Shown here piece by piece: positions 61,800 to 64,000 of a stretch of DNA of 64,000 nucleotides. The notes under the pieces were generated by a model that worked only from the letters and a program-made list of their open reading frames with translations, did not search any database and was not told where the DNA came from. Position 1 is the first letter of the stretch, and the number at the start of each line of letters is the position of its first letter. Source of the DNA: Octopus sinensis (lineage: Eukaryota). A program made the translations under genes and the position numbers. Location: positions 7,378,001 to 7,442,000 of the forward strand of contig NC_043020.1 of assembly GCF_006345805.1 (NCBI RefSeq), in the 5' to 3' direction.

Positions 61800-62440
61800 T
61801 TCATCATCATCATCATTTAATGTCTGCTTTCCATGCTAGCATGGGTCGGACGGTTCGACTGGGGTCTGGGAAGCCAGGAGGCTGCACCAGGCTCCAGTCT
61901 GATCTGGCAGTGTTTCTACAGCTGGATGCCCTTTCTAACGCCAACCACTCCGTGAGTGTAGTGAATGCTTTTTACGTGCCACCGGCACAGGTGCCAGGGA
62001 AGGCTGGCAACGGCCATGATCGATTGGTGCTTTTTACGTGCCACTGGCACAGGTGCCAGGGGAGGCTGGCAACAGCCATGATCGATTGGTGCTTTTTACG
62101 TGCCACTGGTACAGATGCCGGGGAAGGCTGGCAATGGCCATGATCGATTGCTGCTTTTTACGTGCCACTGGCACAGGTGCCAGGGGAGGCTGGCAATGGC
62201 CACCATCGATTGGTGCTTTTTATGTGCCACTGGCACGGAAGTCAGTCAAGGAAGCACTGGCAATGGCCACAATTGATTGGTGCTTTTTACGTGCCACTGG
62301 CACAGGTGCCAGGGGAGGCTGGCAATGGCCACGATCGATTGGTGCTTTTTATGTTCCACTGGCACGGAAGCCAGTTAAGGAAGCACTGGCATCAGCCATG
62401 TTTGGATGGTGCTTTTTACGTACGTGCCACCAGCACAAGT
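61800..62440 (-). mobile_element. RTE-related 3' end with expanded internal 62/67-bp tandem repeat
   Basis: (CAT)n followed by the same 3' terminus as the 24485 LINE. Related copies at 5617-5784(+), 14590-14945(-), 29190-29400(+), 42804-42945(+), 57891-58290(-), 59870-60060(+). Confidence 0.85.
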
Positions 62441-64000
62441 ATCACAACTACAATTTCCATTTGATTTTTATTTTGATGTTGATGTACTTGACTCAGTAGG
62501 TCTCCTCAAGCACAGCAGGTTACCCTATTATTATTACTATTATTATTATTATTATTTATATATTTGTTGTGCAAGATTTTTTATGTGAAATCGTGTGTTG
62601 AAACAGATATTGTTATATTTCGGAATGGTCATTTTGCCAGTTTAGCTAATAAAAACACACGCACTATATATTTGGTGTTATTTATTTTTTACATTAATCT
62701 TAATCTTATTTCGGCCAGAGTTCTTTCGTCACACTCCTGTGACCGCATCAGTGGTCCTTTGCTTTCTTCTTTCGTATTTGTGTTTCTCCTTACTAACCAT
62801 CAGTCATTTTGTATTTCTATTGTATGTGTCTTCATTTGCGCATGCTTATATCTCTATGTGCGTCTATGTTTATTTAGTGTGTGTGTGTGGGTGGATGCCT
62901 GTAATATTTGTATCTTCTGTTTATATATGTTCATGTAATTTGTTTTTGTTGTTGTTGTTTTTGTTTATTCTTATTTTGTTCATGTGTTTACATCCGCTTA
63001 TTATTATTATTATCATTACCTATGCTTGTATGTATGTATGTATAACAACAATACTAGTAATAATAATAATAAAAAAAAAAAAAAACTTATATAGTTATTT
63101 ATTTCTATTTGTTTATTTATCTGTATTTATTATGTTTTCGGGATCCTCTACCGTCATATGTTGTGGTGTGTGCTAGTGTTCCATTCTAGTTTCCTATTCA
63201 GGCTAGGAATTTGTCAAATTACAGAAGCTACATACATAATAGAAAATAAACCTAGGGGTCGATGTAGTGGACTAATCCCCTCCTCCAAAATTTCAGGCCT
63301 TGCGCCTGTAGTAGAAAGGATCCTGGTAGTGAACAGCTGACACCATAGTACATCTCCAGTGCTAGAAGCTGTGCAAAGACAATAAAATGATATTAGGTTG
63401 TCAAGAAAGTTCTTGCGGAATTTTAAATTTTTCGCACCTACCTTACCATTGTAAAAATATACAATCATATCATTAAGATTTCGAAGCTATGAGATAAAGC
63501 TTGATTAAGTCAAAACAATCTGAATGCTAAAAGGTTAAATTGTGGCTCAGTGGTTAGAGCATCTGGCTTACAATCATGAGGTAGTGAATTCAATTCCTGT
63601 ACTGGGCTGCGTGTTGTGTTCTTGAGCAAGACTCTTTATTTCATGTTACTCCAGTTCACTCTGCTGTAGAAATTAATTGCAACATCACTGGTGCCAAGCT
63701 GTATCAGCCTTTGCTTTTTCCTTGGATAACATTGGTGGCATGGAGAGGGGAGGCTGGTATGCATGGATGACTGCTGGTCTTCCATGAACAACCTTTCCCA
63801 GACTTGTGCCTGGGAGAGGAACTTTCTAGGTGCAATTCCATGATTGAAAGGAGTTTTGCTCTTACTCTTTATGCCAGAAAATACATAAATGTTTTGTTAC
63901 CTTCCATGAAAGGTGACTTCCTGATGGATCAATATTAAGGAACTCTTTCTTCCTACCAGGCTCTGGAAACTTGATTGATTTGAGTGAAACGTATTTGCTA

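Noticed and set aside
61966-62436. CRISPR-like array of palindromic repeats
   Set aside because: The 'spacers' are near-identical to each other, the array lies within a retroelement 3' end, there are no cas genes and the DNA is eukaryotic

Overview
AT-rich, repeat-dense eukaryotic genomic DNA, most likely from an octopus. This is inferred from the tRNA-derived SINE families and RTE/CR1 LINEs, not from a database search. One protein-coding gene can be assembled on the + strand from 11 GT-AG exons (6828-38364; 1986 nt, 661 aa) with all intron phases consistent. It encodes a signal peptide, a complete type-B carboxylesterase/cholinesterase domain, one C-terminal TM helix and a ~8-aa cytoplasmic tail. 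The nucleophile elbow reads G-H-D-A-G (Ser replaced by Asp), while the oxyanion hole, catalytic Glu and catalytic His are intact. The rest of the window is transposon debris (three SINE families, RTE, CR1, R4/Dong-like, mariner, DD41D, Tigger-, hAT- and Helitron-type elements, a candidate solo LTR), microsatellites and a 100-N gap. The most unusual non-coding signals are several hammerhead-ribozyme-like motifs. One is a complete U3-A8 variant inside a 362-bp unit bounded by 33-bp direct repeats (retrozyme/Penelope-like). Exon boundaries were counted by hand; most repeat boundaries are approximate.
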